A stretch of DNA of 64,000 nucleotides from Candidatus Latescibacterota bacterium (GCA_965215195.1 CBDCDC010000001.1:160001-224000), one strand, 5' to 3'; positions 1-9,606 are shown, counted from the first letter of the stretch. Translations and numbers: made by a program. Notes: generated from the sequence alone by a model not told the origin.

Positions 1-186
1 ACGCCGCTTTTTGCCGTCGGAGCGGGATTAGTAAGCGACAAAGGTGGGGCGTTGTGTCATGGGGCGGTCGTCGCCCGGGAATATGGATTGCCAGCGGTGG
101 TGGGAACCCTGATCGGGACTGAGAAAATCAAGACCGGCCAGTTGATCGAAGTCGATGGGCAAAGTGGGGTGATAAGGCTGTTGTGA
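1..186 (+). CDS. C-terminal part of a PEP-utilising enzyme (phosphohistidine swivel domain), partial at window edge
   Basis: Frame 1 reads TPLFAVGAGLVSDKGGALCHGAVVAREYGLPAVVG...IEVDGQSGVIRLL*, with the HxAxVARExGxP swivel motif; TGA at 184-186. Not in the ORF track. Confidence 0.85.
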   Translation, partial: TPLFAVGAGLVSDKGGALCHGAVVAREYGLPAVVGTLIGTEKIKTGQLIEVDGQSGVIRLL

Positions 187-253
187 TGCAAGTCTCGCAG
201 GAATTGAGGCGCATGACCGGTAGCGAGACCTAACCGCAGTGGGTTGTGGGTGG

Positions 254-1414
254 TCAGTCGCGCAGCGGTCTAAGCTCTCGCACGAGCTGGGCGGCGGGTA
301 GAGCGCGGATGTGCGGTGCCAGCGCGTAGCGGTCCGGCCCGGCGTGGACCACATCGAGGCGATCCAACCCCAAGGTCTCGACCGCCGAGCGCATGGAGGG
401 CGTCTGGCGCGGGGCCTCGGTGCGCTTGACCTCAAAGCCGTAGCGTCGGTTGCCAGCGATGACGAGCAAATCGAGTTGGGCACCCGAGTGGGTGGACCAG
501 TGAAAGCATTGCTCGGGGGGGGCGGCGAGCAGGTCGATGACTTGTTGCACGACGAATCCCTCCCAAGAGGCCCCCACCTTGGGATGCGAGACGACTTGCT
601 CGCGGGTGGTCAGGCCCAGTAGGGCGTGCAGGACGCCCGAGTCGCCAATGTATATCTTCGGCGAGCGCACCTGTCGCTTGCCGATGTTTTCGTACCAAGG
701 CTGGAGCTGCCGAACCACGAAGACCGAAGTCAGCAGATCGAGATAGCGCCGGACGGTGGTATGAGCGACGCCGAACGCCCGTCCAAACTCGTTGCCATTC
801 CACAGTTGGCCGTGCCAGTGGGCGAGCATGGTCCAGAAGCGACGCAGGGTCGCCGATGGGACCAAGTTGCCGAACGCGGGGACGTCGCGTTCGAGGAAGG
901 TGCGAATGAAGCTGTCGAGCCAGCGGCGGCTCGCCGGGGCCGATCGCGCCAGATAGGAAAGCGGAAAGCCGCCGCGCAGCCAGAGCCTTTCGAGGTCGCC
1001 GACCTCGCGCAGTCCAAAGCCATTGAGTTCGTGGAAGGCCACGCGCCCGGCCAGCGTCTCGGAGGTCTGCCGGAGCAGGTCGGGGGATGCGCTACCCAGC
1101 ACGAGAAACCGGGCTGGCGTCCGCGGCCGGTCCGCGAGGACGCGCAACAGCGGGAACACATCGGGGAGCCGGTGGATTTCGTCTAATACGACGAGTCCCC
1201 GGAGTGGTCGCAGTTCGAGGCCGGGATCGGCCAAGCGAGCGAGATCGGTCGGGTTCTCCAAGTCAAACCAAGTGGTAGGACCGCGGCGCGAGGCCACGAG
1301 CTGGCGAGCGAGGGTTGACTTGCCGACTTGCCGAGCACCCAAAAGTGCGACGACGGGAAACTCCTGCAAGAGCCGCCTCACTCGACGCAAGTGATGTTGG
1401 CGAGCAATCTGCAT
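254..1414 (-). CDS. AAA+ ATP-binding protein (AAA_14 + DUF4143 type)
   Basis: Walker A GARQVGKS, Walker B VVLDEIH, LWLRGGFP, SPKIYIGDSG, C-terminal DLL...FEVK nuclease-like motif. Start set at MQIARQ (ATG 1414). Confidence 0.85.
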   Translation of the reverse strand: MQIARQHHLRRVRRLLQEFPVVALLGARQVGKSTLARQLVASRRGPTTWFDLENPTDLARLADPGLELRPLRGLVVLDEIHRLPDVFPLLRVLADRPRTPARFLVLGSASPDLLRQTSETLAGRVAFHELNGFGLREVGDLERLWLRGGFPLSYLARSAPASRRWLDSFIRTFLERDVPAFGNLVPSATLRRFWTMLAHWHGQLWNGNEFGRAFGVAHTTVRRYLDLLTSVFVVRQLQPWYENIGKRQVRSPKIYIGDSGVLHALLGLTTREQVVSHPKVGASWEGFVVQQVIDLLAAPPEQCFHWSTHSGAQLDLLVIAGNRRYGFEVKRTEAPRQTPSMRSAVETLGLDRLDVVHAGPDRYALAPHIRALPAAQLVRELRPLRD

Positions 1415-1539
1415 ACCTTGAAATATGAGCGATTGCCGCACAGATTTCAAGGTATCCGTTGGGGGTCTTTCGGCTGGGACTTTGCAGAGTATATTGTGTT
1501 TGCGCGTTGTACTTGACTGTATCATGGAATGGAGAACGC

Positions 1540-4515
1540 TTGATACACTGTATCGCATTTAACAGGTGCCGCAGAATTCTTTTGTTCTTGCTATGCTCGG
1601 GATGCGCCACTGAGCCTGAACCCATAGCGCACCCTGAACCGCCAGAACCCCGACCCGTCTCAAATGCGGCCAGGGTGGAAACGACGGCCGTGTATTTCGA
1701 GGATGTGGGGCAAACTCTGGGGCTGGACTTTGAGAATGTGTCGGGTGGGCCCGAGCAAGGCTACATACTGGAGACTATATCGGCGGGCGTGGCTTTTTTC
1801 GATAGCGACGGGGACGGCTATCTGGACGTTTTTTTTGCCAACGGCACGCGCCTAAAAGGCGAGACAATCGGCAACCACAGCCGGCTCTATCGCAGCATTG
1901 AGGCAGCAACGGGCGAGCGCGTCTTCGCGGAGGTTAGTCAGCAGGCCGGCGTTGCGCACAGCGGCTGGGGTATGGGCTGTGCGGTGGGCGACTACGACAA
2001 CGATGGCGACGTGGACCTCTACGCTACGTACTGGGGCCCCAACCGGCTCTACCGCAACGAGGGGGACGGCCGCTTTAACCAAATCGCCGCTGTGGCCGGT
2101 GTAAATGACGAGGGCTGGGGCACGAGTGCCGCCTTCGGCGACCTAGACCAAGACGGCCTGCTGGATCTCTACGTGGTCAATTATCTGGCGTTTGATCTGG
2201 AAAATCCCCCGGTTGGCTGGAAAAAGTGCCTCTACAAGGGGCTCGAGAGCTTTTGTGGTCCTCAGGGGATGACAGCGCAAGCGGATCGCATGTACCGCAA
2301 TGTAGGCGGGGATCGCTTTGAGGACAGGACCGAGGCTCTAGGGGCCGATCGGCCGCTGCCGGGACTGGGCGTTGTTTTCGGGGATTACGACAACGATGGC
2401 GACGCCGATATCTATGTAGCCAATGACTCGGAAGTCAATGTCCTCTATCGGAATGACGGCAACTGGCAATGGGTCGATACCGCCATCCCGCTGGGGGTAG
2501 GCTTTAGCGAAAGTGGGCGGGCGCAAGCCGGCATGGGCGTCCACGGCGGCGACTACGACAACGATGGCGATCTCGATCTGTACGTGACCAATTTTTCGGA
2601 CGACGTCAATACGCTGTACCGGAATAGGGGAAACGGCGCATTTGTGGATGCCACATACGAAGTGGGGCTGGGCGGTGCAGTACTACCTTATCTGGGCTGG
2701 AGCACGGGTTTCTTCGACTACGACAACGATGGCTGGCAGGATGTATTTGTGGCCAACGGGCACGTCTATCCCCAGCTAAATCAATACGCGACCGGCCTGC
2801 GCTATGCCCAGCGCAATCTGCTCTATCAAAATAGACAGGGCCGCTTTGTAGAAATAGGGGGGCAAGCCGGTCCGGGGTGGCAACTCGAACAAGTGAGTCG
2901 GGGTGGGGCCGTAGGCGACTACGACAACGACGGCGATCCAGACTTGCTGGTGACCAACCTCAACGAGCGGCCGGCCTTGTTGCGCAACGACGGAGGTAAT
3001 GCCCATAACTGGCTGGGCTTGAAGCTGGTGGGCGTGCAAAGCAACAAGGATGCCATCGGCGCACGCGTACGGGTGTGGGCAGGGGGTCTGGTGCAAACCA
3101 AGGAAGTGCAGCGCGGGTACGGTTTTCAGAGTCAGCACGATGAGCGTCTGTTGTTTGGGCTGGGCCGGGCGACGAGTGTGGAGCGAGTGGAGATTCACTG
3201 GCCTTCGGGCCTAAAACAGGTAATCCGCAATCCTCTGCTGCGCCGCTATCTGACCGTCCGCGAAGGCAGCGACCAGATAGCGGCCGGGAATGAAGTGCCG
3301 ACGGTGGTGCCGGCTGTGAGCGCATCGGCTGCTCCGGTCAGCGCATCCAATGCCGTACCGCAGGTCACAGGGGCAGCGGATTGGGGGCCGGTAGATTTTC
3401 GCCGCTCCAGCGGGGACCTCTTCAAACAGGGCCGCTATCTCGAGGCGCGAGCTATGTTGCAAAAAGCCTTGGAACTGGATCCGGAGTATATCCCGGCCTA
3501 TATCAACTTGGGCTTGGTGCTCTCCTCCGGCTTGGGCGAATTTGCTGCGGCGCGTGAGGTGCTGGAACAGGCCGTGCAGATACAACCGACGCGGGCCGAT
3601 GCCCACCATTTGTTGGGCAAGGTCTATTTGCAGCAGGGTCGCCTGTCCGAGGCAATCAAGGCACTCGGACAGGCGATCCGGCTGCAACCACAGGCTTGGG
3701 AGTACGCCCACTGGTTGGGACTAGCCTACTTGCGGGCCGATAGCCTAGGGGCCGCTGCGGCCGCCTTTAGAAACGCGGCCCGGTGTGCGCCTTGGGCACC
3801 CAAACCGCATTTGCATCTAGCCCAGTTGTACGCCAGCAAGGGACAGCATGCACAGGCCGTCAAAGAGCAGGCCCTGTTTGAGCGTTTAAGTCCAGTGCAG
3901 AATCGGGTGGAACTCTACGAGAAAAAGGTCGCCGATTATCCAGAAAATGCCCGGGCGCATTCCCTGTTGGGATTGACCTATGTCGAACAGGGGCGCTTTG
4001 CGCTGGGATTGCAGTCTTTTGAACGCGCTATCGCAGTGGATCTTTCCTATGCCCCGGCCTTTCACGGCAAGGGGCGGGTGTTGTACCAGCGCAACCAAAT
4101 AGCGCAGGCCATCCGCGCCTACGAACGGGCCTGCCAACTAGATCCGCAGCTCTATGATGCCTTCAACGATCTCGGCCAAGCCTACCACCAGAGCGGTCGC
4201 TATGATCGGGCCGTGGCCGCATACCAGCGCGCCCTAGAGATCAAACCAGATCTGGCGTTAGTACACAGCAATCTGGGCATGGCCTATGCCATGCAGGGAA
4301 ATTTCAACGCAGCCACGGCATCGTTTAAGCGCAGTATTGAGCTTGAACCGGAGGAAGCGGATGCAAGGGATGCGCTGGCGCAAGTCTATGCGGCCCAGAA
4401 GAATTGGTCGCAAGCGCTAGCCCAGTGGGAAGCTGTATTGCGCTTGGTGCCCGACCACGCTGGCGCGGCCCAAGGGATCCGCCGGGCGCGTCAGCGGCTA
4501 GCAGGGCAACGCTAG
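1540..4515 (+). CDS. CRTAC1/ASPIC-UnbV family lipoprotein with FG-GAP-like repeats and C-terminal TPR array
   Basis: Lipobox-like LLCSGC; repeated GDYDNDGDxD motifs; ASPIC/UnbV-like AIGARVRV...FGLG...VEIHWPSG; many TPRs. GGAGAA precedes TTG at 1540. Confidence 0.85.
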   Translation: MIHCIAFNRCRRILLFLLCSGCATEPEPIAHPEPPEPRPVSNAARVETTAVYFEDVGQTLGLDFENVSGGPEQGYILETISAGVAFFDSDGDGYLDVFFANGTRLKGETIGNHSRLYRSIEAATGERVFAEVSQQAGVAHSGWGMGCAVGDYDNDGDVDLYATYWGPNRLYRNEGDGRFNQIAAVAGVNDEGWGTSAAFGDLDQDGLLDLYVVNYLAFDLENPPVGWKKCLYKGLESFCGPQGMTAQADRMYRNVGGDRFEDRTEALGADRPLPGLGVVFGDYDNDGDADIYVANDSEVNVLYRNDGNWQWVDTAIPLGVGFSESGRAQAGMGVHGGDYDNDGDLDLYVTNFSDDVNTLYRNRGNGAFVDATYEVGLGGAVLPYLGWSTGFFDYDNDGWQDVFVANGHVYPQLNQYATGLRYAQRNLLYQNRQGRFVEIGGQAGPGWQLEQVSRGGAVGDYDNDGDPDLLVTNLNERPALLRNDGGNAHNWLGLKLVGVQSNKDAIGARVRVWAGGLVQTKEVQRGYGFQSQHDERLLFGLGRATSVERVEIHWPSGLKQVIRNPLLRRYLTVREGSDQIAAGNEVPTVVPAVSASAAPVSASNAVPQVTGAADWGPVDFRRSSGDLFKQGRYLEARAMLQKALELDPEYIPAYINLGLVLSSGLGEFAAAREVLEQAVQIQPTRADAHHLLGKVYLQQGRLSEAIKALGQAIRLQPQAWEYAHWLGLAYLRADSLGAAAAAFRNAARCAPWAPKPHLHLAQLYASKGQHAQAVKEQALFERLSPVQNRVELYEKKVADYPENARAHSLLGLTYVEQGRFALGLQSFERAIAVDLSYAPAFHGKGRVLYQRNQIAQAIRAYERACQLDPQLYDAFNDLGQAYHQSGRYDRAVAAYQRALEIKPDLALVHSNLGMAYAMQGNFNAATASFKRSIELEPEEADARDALAQVYAAQKNWSQALAQWEAVLRLVPDHAGAAQGIRRARQRLAGQR

Positions 4516-4603
4516 GGCGAAGGCTACACTTGGGGATGCTGCTGCGCCGCACCTTCAGATGGTGATCTTTGGTGGGGGGGTGCCGCGGCGGTCCGATTCC
4601 AAA

Positions 4604-5020
4604 CTACTTTTTTCGCAGCTCTTCCGCAGCCAAGGGTATTTTTTCAATCCCCACGCGCTTGGCCACCTCAAAGAGATCTAGTAGGTACTTATGCGGGGTC
4701 TCCCGATCGGTCCGCACGACTAGCGTCAGGCTCCGGGTGCCTTCTTTTTCTCGCAACAGGACCTGCTCTAAGTTGTCCAAGGTCACGAGATGGCGGTTGA
4801 TCTCCATGCGGCCGTCCGCGGTGATCGATGCCACTAGTTTCTTCTCTTCGACGATCTGCGCTTGTTGCGCTTCGGGTAATAGGACTTGGAGGCTGTAGGG
4901 CTGCTTAAATACCGTAGTTACCATAAAGAAGATCAACAGCAAAAAGACGCAGTCGATCAATGGCGTCATATTCAATTCTTGTTCTTCGTACAGGGATTTG
5001 CGCCTAGGCATCGGACTCAT
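4604..5020 (-). CDS. exbD: ExbD/TolR family protein (copy 2)
   Basis: LNMTPLIDCVFLLLIFFMVTT transmembrane segment with the essential Asp; periplasmic domain with VVRTDRET. Confidence 0.9.
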   Translation of the reverse strand: MSPMPRRKSLYEEQELNMTPLIDCVFLLLIFFMVTTVFKQPYSLQVLLPEAQQAQIVEEKKLVASITADGRMEINRHLVTLDNLEQVLLREKEGTRSLTLVVRTDRETPHKYLLDLFEVAKRVGIEKIPLAAEELRKK

Positions 5021-5433
5021 TCCTCCCGTTCCCGCACAAAAGCGATGCCCTCAACCCCAACCTCTTTGGCTTTATCCACCACGTACACGACGTGCTTCTG
5101 AGCGCACTCGCCGTCGGCCTGAATGATGATATTCTCGTTATTGGCCTCTTCCATGGCCGCGACCAGCCGGGCCGCCAACGCCGTCGGCATCACATCCTCG
5201 CCCTTGATTTGAATTTTGCCATCGCGGTCCAGCAAGACGTTGATATCTTTTTTCTTTTCTTCTGTGGCTTCGCTTTTGGCCGGCATGTCCACTTCCAGCC
5301 CTTTGGTGTGTATAAACACCGTGGTTACCATAAAGAAAATTAACAACAAAAAGACGCAGTCAATCAGTGGCGTCATATCTGGGCCGCCTTCTGCGAGAAA
5401 GCTCTCTGACCGCTGTTTTCGGTGTCTGGCCAT
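5017..5433 (-). CDS. exbD: ExbD/TolR family protein (copy 1)
   Basis: DMTPLIDCVFLLLIFFMVTT segment; IIIQADG...VVYVVDKAKEVGV; overlaps the next exbD by 4 bp. Confidence 0.9.
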   Translation of the reverse strand: MARHRKQRSESFLAEGGPDMTPLIDCVFLLLIFFMVTTVFIHTKGLEVDMPAKSEATEEKKKDINVLLDRDGKIQIKGEDVMPTALAARLVAAMEEANNENIIIQADGECAQKHVVYVVDKAKEVGVEGIAFVREREE

Positions 5434-5456
5434 TGGGTTAACTCCCCCAGCAGGAC

Positions 5457-6203
5457 CTACTCTGTCGTTCCGTATTGTTGGCGCTGTCCCGTAGTGATCA
5501 GAGCGTTCGCAAAGGCATGTCCGTACATCTCGGCGTCTTCGAGCAAATTGTCCGCTCTACGTGCCAGATAGCGGTACAATACAATCGTCGGGATGGCGAC
5601 GATCAGCCCCGATGCCGTAGTGACCAAGGCTTGGGAAATCCCACCGGCAACGACTTTCGGGTCTCCTGCACCAGCTACGGCGATGGACTCAAAGGCGATG
5701 ATCATCCCCATAATGGTGCCGAGCAATCCCAACAGAGGGCTTATGTTGCCGATGGTATTCAGGATTGATAGGTTCTTGCCCAGATAGGCCCGAGCGGATT
5801 CCTCGGTCTGAATGACCAGCTCGTCTTTGAGGTCAGCAAGCTCCCGTTGCATCACCATAAATCTGCCCACCTCGCCACCGCCGGCCGCGTCAGTCAGGCG
5901 GATGATCTCCTCGTTCGTCTCTTTGAATTCCCGCTGTTCGATCATCAGGGTATCGTATCGTTTCAACAGCGAAGCAAATACGTAATTGAGCAGGCCCTTG
6001 CCTTGGTTGCACTCTTCCACGACCGCCTGCTCCCCGCCGTTGCGCAGCGCGGTTTCGAGCCTGTCCAGCTCATTTTGGGCCTCTTCAGGCGTGGGCAGTT
6101 GCTTGAAGATCCACAGGCGTTCAATAGAGTAGGCAATGGCTAGAATAGCACAGGCGATTAGGGGGACCATCATCGGACCGCCACTTTGAATTATATCCCA
6201 CAT
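5457..6203 (-). CDS. exbB: MotA/TolQ/ExbB proton channel protein
   Basis: GGPMMVPL first helix; SPLLGLLGTIMGMIIAF and VAGGISQALVTTASGLIVAIP helices. Confidence 0.92.
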   Translation of the reverse strand: MWDIIQSGGPMMVPLIACAILAIAYSIERLWIFKQLPTPEEAQNELDRLETALRNGGEQAVVEECNQGKGLLNYVFASLLKRYDTLMIEQREFKETNEEIIRLTDAAGGGEVGRFMVMQRELADLKDELVIQTEESARAYLGKNLSILNTIGNISPLLGLLGTIMGMIIAFESIAVAGAGDPKVVAGGISQALVTTASGLIVAIPTIVLYRYLARRADNLLEDAEMYGHAFANALITTGQRQQYGTTE

Positions 6204-6235
6204 TGCAATTGCTCCTTTTTGGCAAGAGAAGAGTT

Positions 6236-7171
6236 CTAGTCGTCTTCCTTGGCGTTTCTAGATAAGCGCTGCCCTATGCGCAAACCGGCATCAATGGCAC
6301 CGAATTTCTCAACGACCTCGGCCTTGCACAAGTGCGGCCCGATAATCTGATGCACCCTGACTAGAGCGATTCGCACCTCTTTATCATACAGCGGTAGGAC
6401 ATCGCCGTACTCGACGCGATCCAAAATACCGATGCCTAGATACACCTCGTCGGCTTCGACCGCTAGGACTTGGGCTTGCTCGCCGGAAAGGTCGATAGGG
6501 GGGCGCTCGGTCAGACTCGTAATAATTTGGCTGCTGAGGTCTCTGAAGGCGACATCGACCAGCTTGCCAAAGGCCAATTCAAAAAAACGCTCGGAACCGA
6601 AGTCAACCTTGAAGAGTTCGCGGAATACCCGATCCTGTTTGCGCGGTCGGCCGAACAGATCTAGGCCGTACGACTTTTCCGTGGAGTCTCTGAGCGTTTC
6701 AAAGGTATCGACTATTTCTCCGGTCGCTACTCTGATTAGCTGCACTTGGCTGAGGTGAACCACTGAATTGTAGGATTTATAGCCGGCCAGATTGGGATTT
6801 CCCACGGTCACGCGACGCATGCCCAGCTTCTCCACGACACCGGTAATGACCACGTCGGCACCCAAGTGCTGCCCCAGCCGCACGGCCCGGTCAATGCCGT
6901 AGTATTTTTTTAACTGTTTGTTCCGTTGAACGGCCTCAACCTCTTGCGTCGGAATGACAGAGACCGCAGCGTCGGCATCCAGATATCGACCTAGCAAATC
7001 GGGTACATCCCTAGATAAGTGCCATTCCGCCTGAAAACCGGCTCGGTCCTCAAAATCGAGCAGGGCAAGGCGCAGGGTCGGCAGCGGCCCTGCGGCCGCG
7101 ACCGCCACGTTGAGCGTTAGGGGGTCGGCCCCTGCCCAAATAGAAAAAAATAAAGTGGTTAGCGCACGCAA
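6236..7171 (-). CDS. Exported protein with CsgG/TolB_N-like domain and FlgT C-terminal-like domain
   Basis: LALLDFED...AVRLGQHLGADVVITGVV (CsgG/TolB_N-like); C-terminal VLAVEADEVYLGIG...GDVL...VRVHQI resembles FlgT_C. Confidence 0.6.
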   Translation of the reverse strand: MRALTTLFFSIWAGADPLTLNVAVAAAGPLPTLRLALLDFEDRAGFQAEWHLSRDVPDLLGRYLDADAAVSVIPTQEVEAVQRNKQLKKYYGIDRAVRLGQHLGADVVITGVVEKLGMRRVTVGNPNLAGYKSYNSVVHLSQVQLIRVATGEIVDTFETLRDSTEKSYGLDLFGRPRKQDRVFRELFKVDFGSERFFELAFGKLVDVAFRDLSSQIITSLTERPPIDLSGEQAQVLAVEADEVYLGIGILDRVEYGDVLPLYDKEVRIALVRVHQIIGPHLCKAEVVEKFGAIDAGLRIGQRLSRNAKEDD

Positions 7172-7179
7172 TGGGCCGG

Positions 7180-7938
7180 CTACCTGTCTGTTGCCTCCGC
7201 TTGCCGCACTTCCTCGGTTGCGATCTTTTGCTCGAACTCAAGGGCGATATCCACCGTTTCCAGCGGCTGTCCGGAGGCATCGAATTTTAGGACAAAATCT
7301 TTGAGCACTAAGCGCACTTGGCGGACTTCCTCGTTCAGTGGATCGAAGGCAATGAGCCCTGAATATTTCTCTCCTTTGAACACCTTTTGGTTTTCTATAT
7401 AGGCCGTGCTACGCGCATTGCCCATGCGCAGGTCAAAGCGATAAAATTCGTTGCCGCTCTGACCCCGAATGGCTCGGTAGTAGCGCTCAAAACTTTTGTG
7501 TGGAGAAAAAGACGGCAGACCATAGGAATGCAGGACCTCGCCCTGATTGGTGTAGAGCAACGCTTTGATCGGATCGAGCAAGACCTTGGCGTAAATATCG
7601 TTGATAACCGTGACGCGGAAAACCGTAAAGCGCTTGGGCCTGTAACCCAACAGCGGATCAATCCAATTGCCGTAGGTATAGGGATTTGTCGAGAATACCC
7701 CTTTGCTCGAATCCTCGGGCAACAGGGCATTCAATTGATCGTCCGTCATGGGTTCAACCTTGACGCGCAGCCCCTCTATGGCATATGCGGCCGCCCCGTC
7801 TTCGCCCACGATATACTGTTCCTCTTCACCTTGGGAAGAACGAGGTATCAGTTCGTTTTTGTACAGAATGGTCGGCGGAATAAAAAAGCTGCAACCGGAC
7901 GCGAATAACACTAGCATCATTCCCCAATACATGGCCAT
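7180..7938 (-). CDS. Putative lipoprotein, unknown function
   Basis: Hydrophobic N-terminus ending in lipobox-like FASGC; tightly packed in the operon. Confidence 0.7.
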   Translation of the reverse strand: MAMYWGMMLVLFASGCSFFIPPTILYKNELIPRSSQGEEEQYIVGEDGAAAYAIEGLRVKVEPMTDDQLNALLPEDSSKGVFSTNPYTYGNWIDPLLGYRPKRFTVFRVTVINDIYAKVLLDPIKALLYTNQGEVLHSYGLPSFSPHKSFERYYRAIRGQSGNEFYRFDLRMGNARSTAYIENQKVFKGEKYSGLIAFDPLNEEVRQVRLVLKDFVLKFDASGQPLETVDIALEFEQKIATEEVRQAEATDR

Positions 7939-7946
7939 TACCTCTC

Positions 7947-9182
7947 TTATTGGCCCCGTTGGCTAAAGAAATCGATCTGCTGCTGAGCAATAGATCCTTC
8001 CTGCGTCAGGGCAAAAATAACGGCGTTGATGCCAAATCTTAGCTGTGGTTCATTGCCGTAGTTGCGTGCCCAAGTATGGACGTATCCCTTGTCGGAGTAC
8101 ATGGCTACTAGGCGATCTTCTAGGAAAACACCCTCTAGGTAGTACGATTGCTCGGCGATGACTAAGTGATCAAGGCTACGCTGTTCGGAAAAGCTGGGAA
8201 TCTCCAACTCAGAGCCGACCGGCGGGCCGTCAAAATCGTAAAAAGTATGATACATCGGATGGTTGTTGGAAATGGGCCGCAGTTGGCCTTGCGCCCCCAA
8301 GGCACCGCGAAAGATGCGTCGCAAAGACGCCTCCCCCTGACTGAATTCTGTGGTGGGATTGGCATTGTCGACGAAGATGAACCCGCCCTGCCGCAAGTAT
8401 TTCCCCAGATTCTCTAGCTCGCGTTCCGTCAGTTCAAAGGCCTCTGTGGCGGTGATGTACACAAAAGGCGTCCGGAATAGTTCCTGAGAGTCGATAAATA
8501 AATGGGCGTCCACCCTAGCTGAGATGCCCGTCTGTTCGTTGAGGGCATCAACTAGGTTGGGGATGGCCTTGGCAGCGCTGTCAAACGTTGGCTTCAGGTC
8601 GTTGGCCCAAGCCGTACCCAGATAGACGAACCCCTTGACTTTGCGGCGGTCGGTCGGGTCTTGGATGATAAGACCCTTGTATTTGCCCGTATCCAGCGCG
8701 TTCAGATCGATCAATTCCTCGCGCATAGCAATGCGCTTCTCCGGATCTTTGGTGCCAGTGATCTTGGCGGCGAACAATTCAATGGAGCTGGTCTTCAGGT
8801 TGATTGGCACGTCTGGTTGCAGGGTGTACTCGAACGTCTGTACATTACCGAAAACACTGGAGCCTTTGAGGCGCGGACTCGCCGGCGTGGACAGCCGCGG
8901 CTTGAGTGCCGTGACCTGTTTGGTGAGGGCCCGTGGCCTGAGCTGTTGACGCTTGAGCGCAAAAGCCTTGGTGGCCCTAGGTTTGCGAATGATGAGTCGG
9001 GTCAACGCCGGTTCCGGCGCGGGCCGCTCCTCGGCACTCAATACCAAATAGACGAAGATCCCGGCTATCAGTCCCGCACCGATGAGTAAACCCCAGACTG
9101 TGTATTTGGGGGTTTCCCGCAGGAGGCGGTTAAAGTTTAGTTGATCGCTTGGCGCTTGAAAACGGCCTAGGTTTGAGACCAT
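7947..9182 (-). CDS. DUF4159-domain protein with N-terminal membrane anchor and extended basic/Pro-rich linker
   Basis: TM helix VWGLLIGAGLIAGIFVYLVL, then Pro/Lys/Arg-rich linker; C-terminal PFVYIT...LGKYLRQGGFIFVD...HPMYHTFYDF...RFGINAVIFALT typical of DUF4159. Confidence 0.75.
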   Translation of the reverse strand: MVSNLGRFQAPSDQLNFNRLLRETPKYTVWGLLIGAGLIAGIFVYLVLSAEERPAPEPALTRLIIRKPRATKAFALKRQQLRPRALTKQVTALKPRLSTPASPRLKGSSVFGNVQTFEYTLQPDVPINLKTSSIELFAAKITGTKDPEKRIAMREELIDLNALDTGKYKGLIIQDPTDRRKVKGFVYLGTAWANDLKPTFDSAAKAIPNLVDALNEQTGISARVDAHLFIDSQELFRTPFVYITATEAFELTERELENLGKYLRQGGFIFVDNANPTTEFSQGEASLRRIFRGALGAQGQLRPISNNHPMYHTFYDFDGPPVGSELEIPSFSEQRSLDHLVIAEQSYYLEGVFLEDRLVAMYSDKGYVHTWARNYGNEPQLRFGINAVIFALTQEGSIAQQQIDFFSQRGQ

Positions 9183-9234
9183 ACTACGCAACTCCTGCTA
9201 AGTCCATGCTCGGAAGATGTGGTTGGGAGGCAGC

Positions 9235-9606
9235 CTAAAACACCGCCAACGTATCTACTGCTGAACGCGGTCCGAAAAACAGGCGGGCATCCACTGCCCA
9301 CACCTGAATCAGATACCAGACTCCCGGGCTCAGATCCAAGTTCGTCTCCTCGTAGGACCTTGCCCCCGCGTCTTCCAACGAGCGCGTTTTTACGACTCCA
9401 AGCGAGTCGGTGAAGCTAATGACAAAACCGGATACATTGGCTGCTGAATCCAAATGCCATGAAACCACAATCCTGCCTTCTGCGGCTACCGCCTCCACAC
9501 TAGTGGGCTGAGCAAGATATCCTCGGTGGTACTGCATAGGCAGTTCAGGGTCATTGCTGCACCCCCAGCTCAGCAGACCGAGTAAAAGATAAATTCGCGT
9601 TCCCAT
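9235..9606 (-). CDS. Small lipoprotein with fibronectin type III-like domain
   Basis: MGTRIYLLLGLLSWGC lipobox; PTSVEA...IVVSW...YLIQVWAVD...GPRS FN3-like pattern. Confidence 0.65.
   Translation of the reverse strand: MGTRIYLLLGLLSWGCSNDPELPMQYHRGYLAQPTSVEAVAAEGRIVVSWHLDSAANVSGFVISFTDSLGVVKTRSLEDAGARSYEETNLDLSPGVWYLIQVWAVDARLFFGPRSAVDTLAVF

Noticed and set aside
1987-2940. Recurring ~20-bp GACTACGACAACGA(T/C)GGC motif, superficially CRISPR-like
   Set aside because: Spacing is irregular and long, and every copy is in frame encoding the DYDNDG loop of FG-GAP-like repeats; no cas genes.
4604-6203. Calling the exbBD genes a standard Tol-Pal or TonB iron-uptake locus
   Set aside because: No tolA, tolB, pal, canonical tonB or plug-type receptor motif is recognisable nearby; symbols denote family only.
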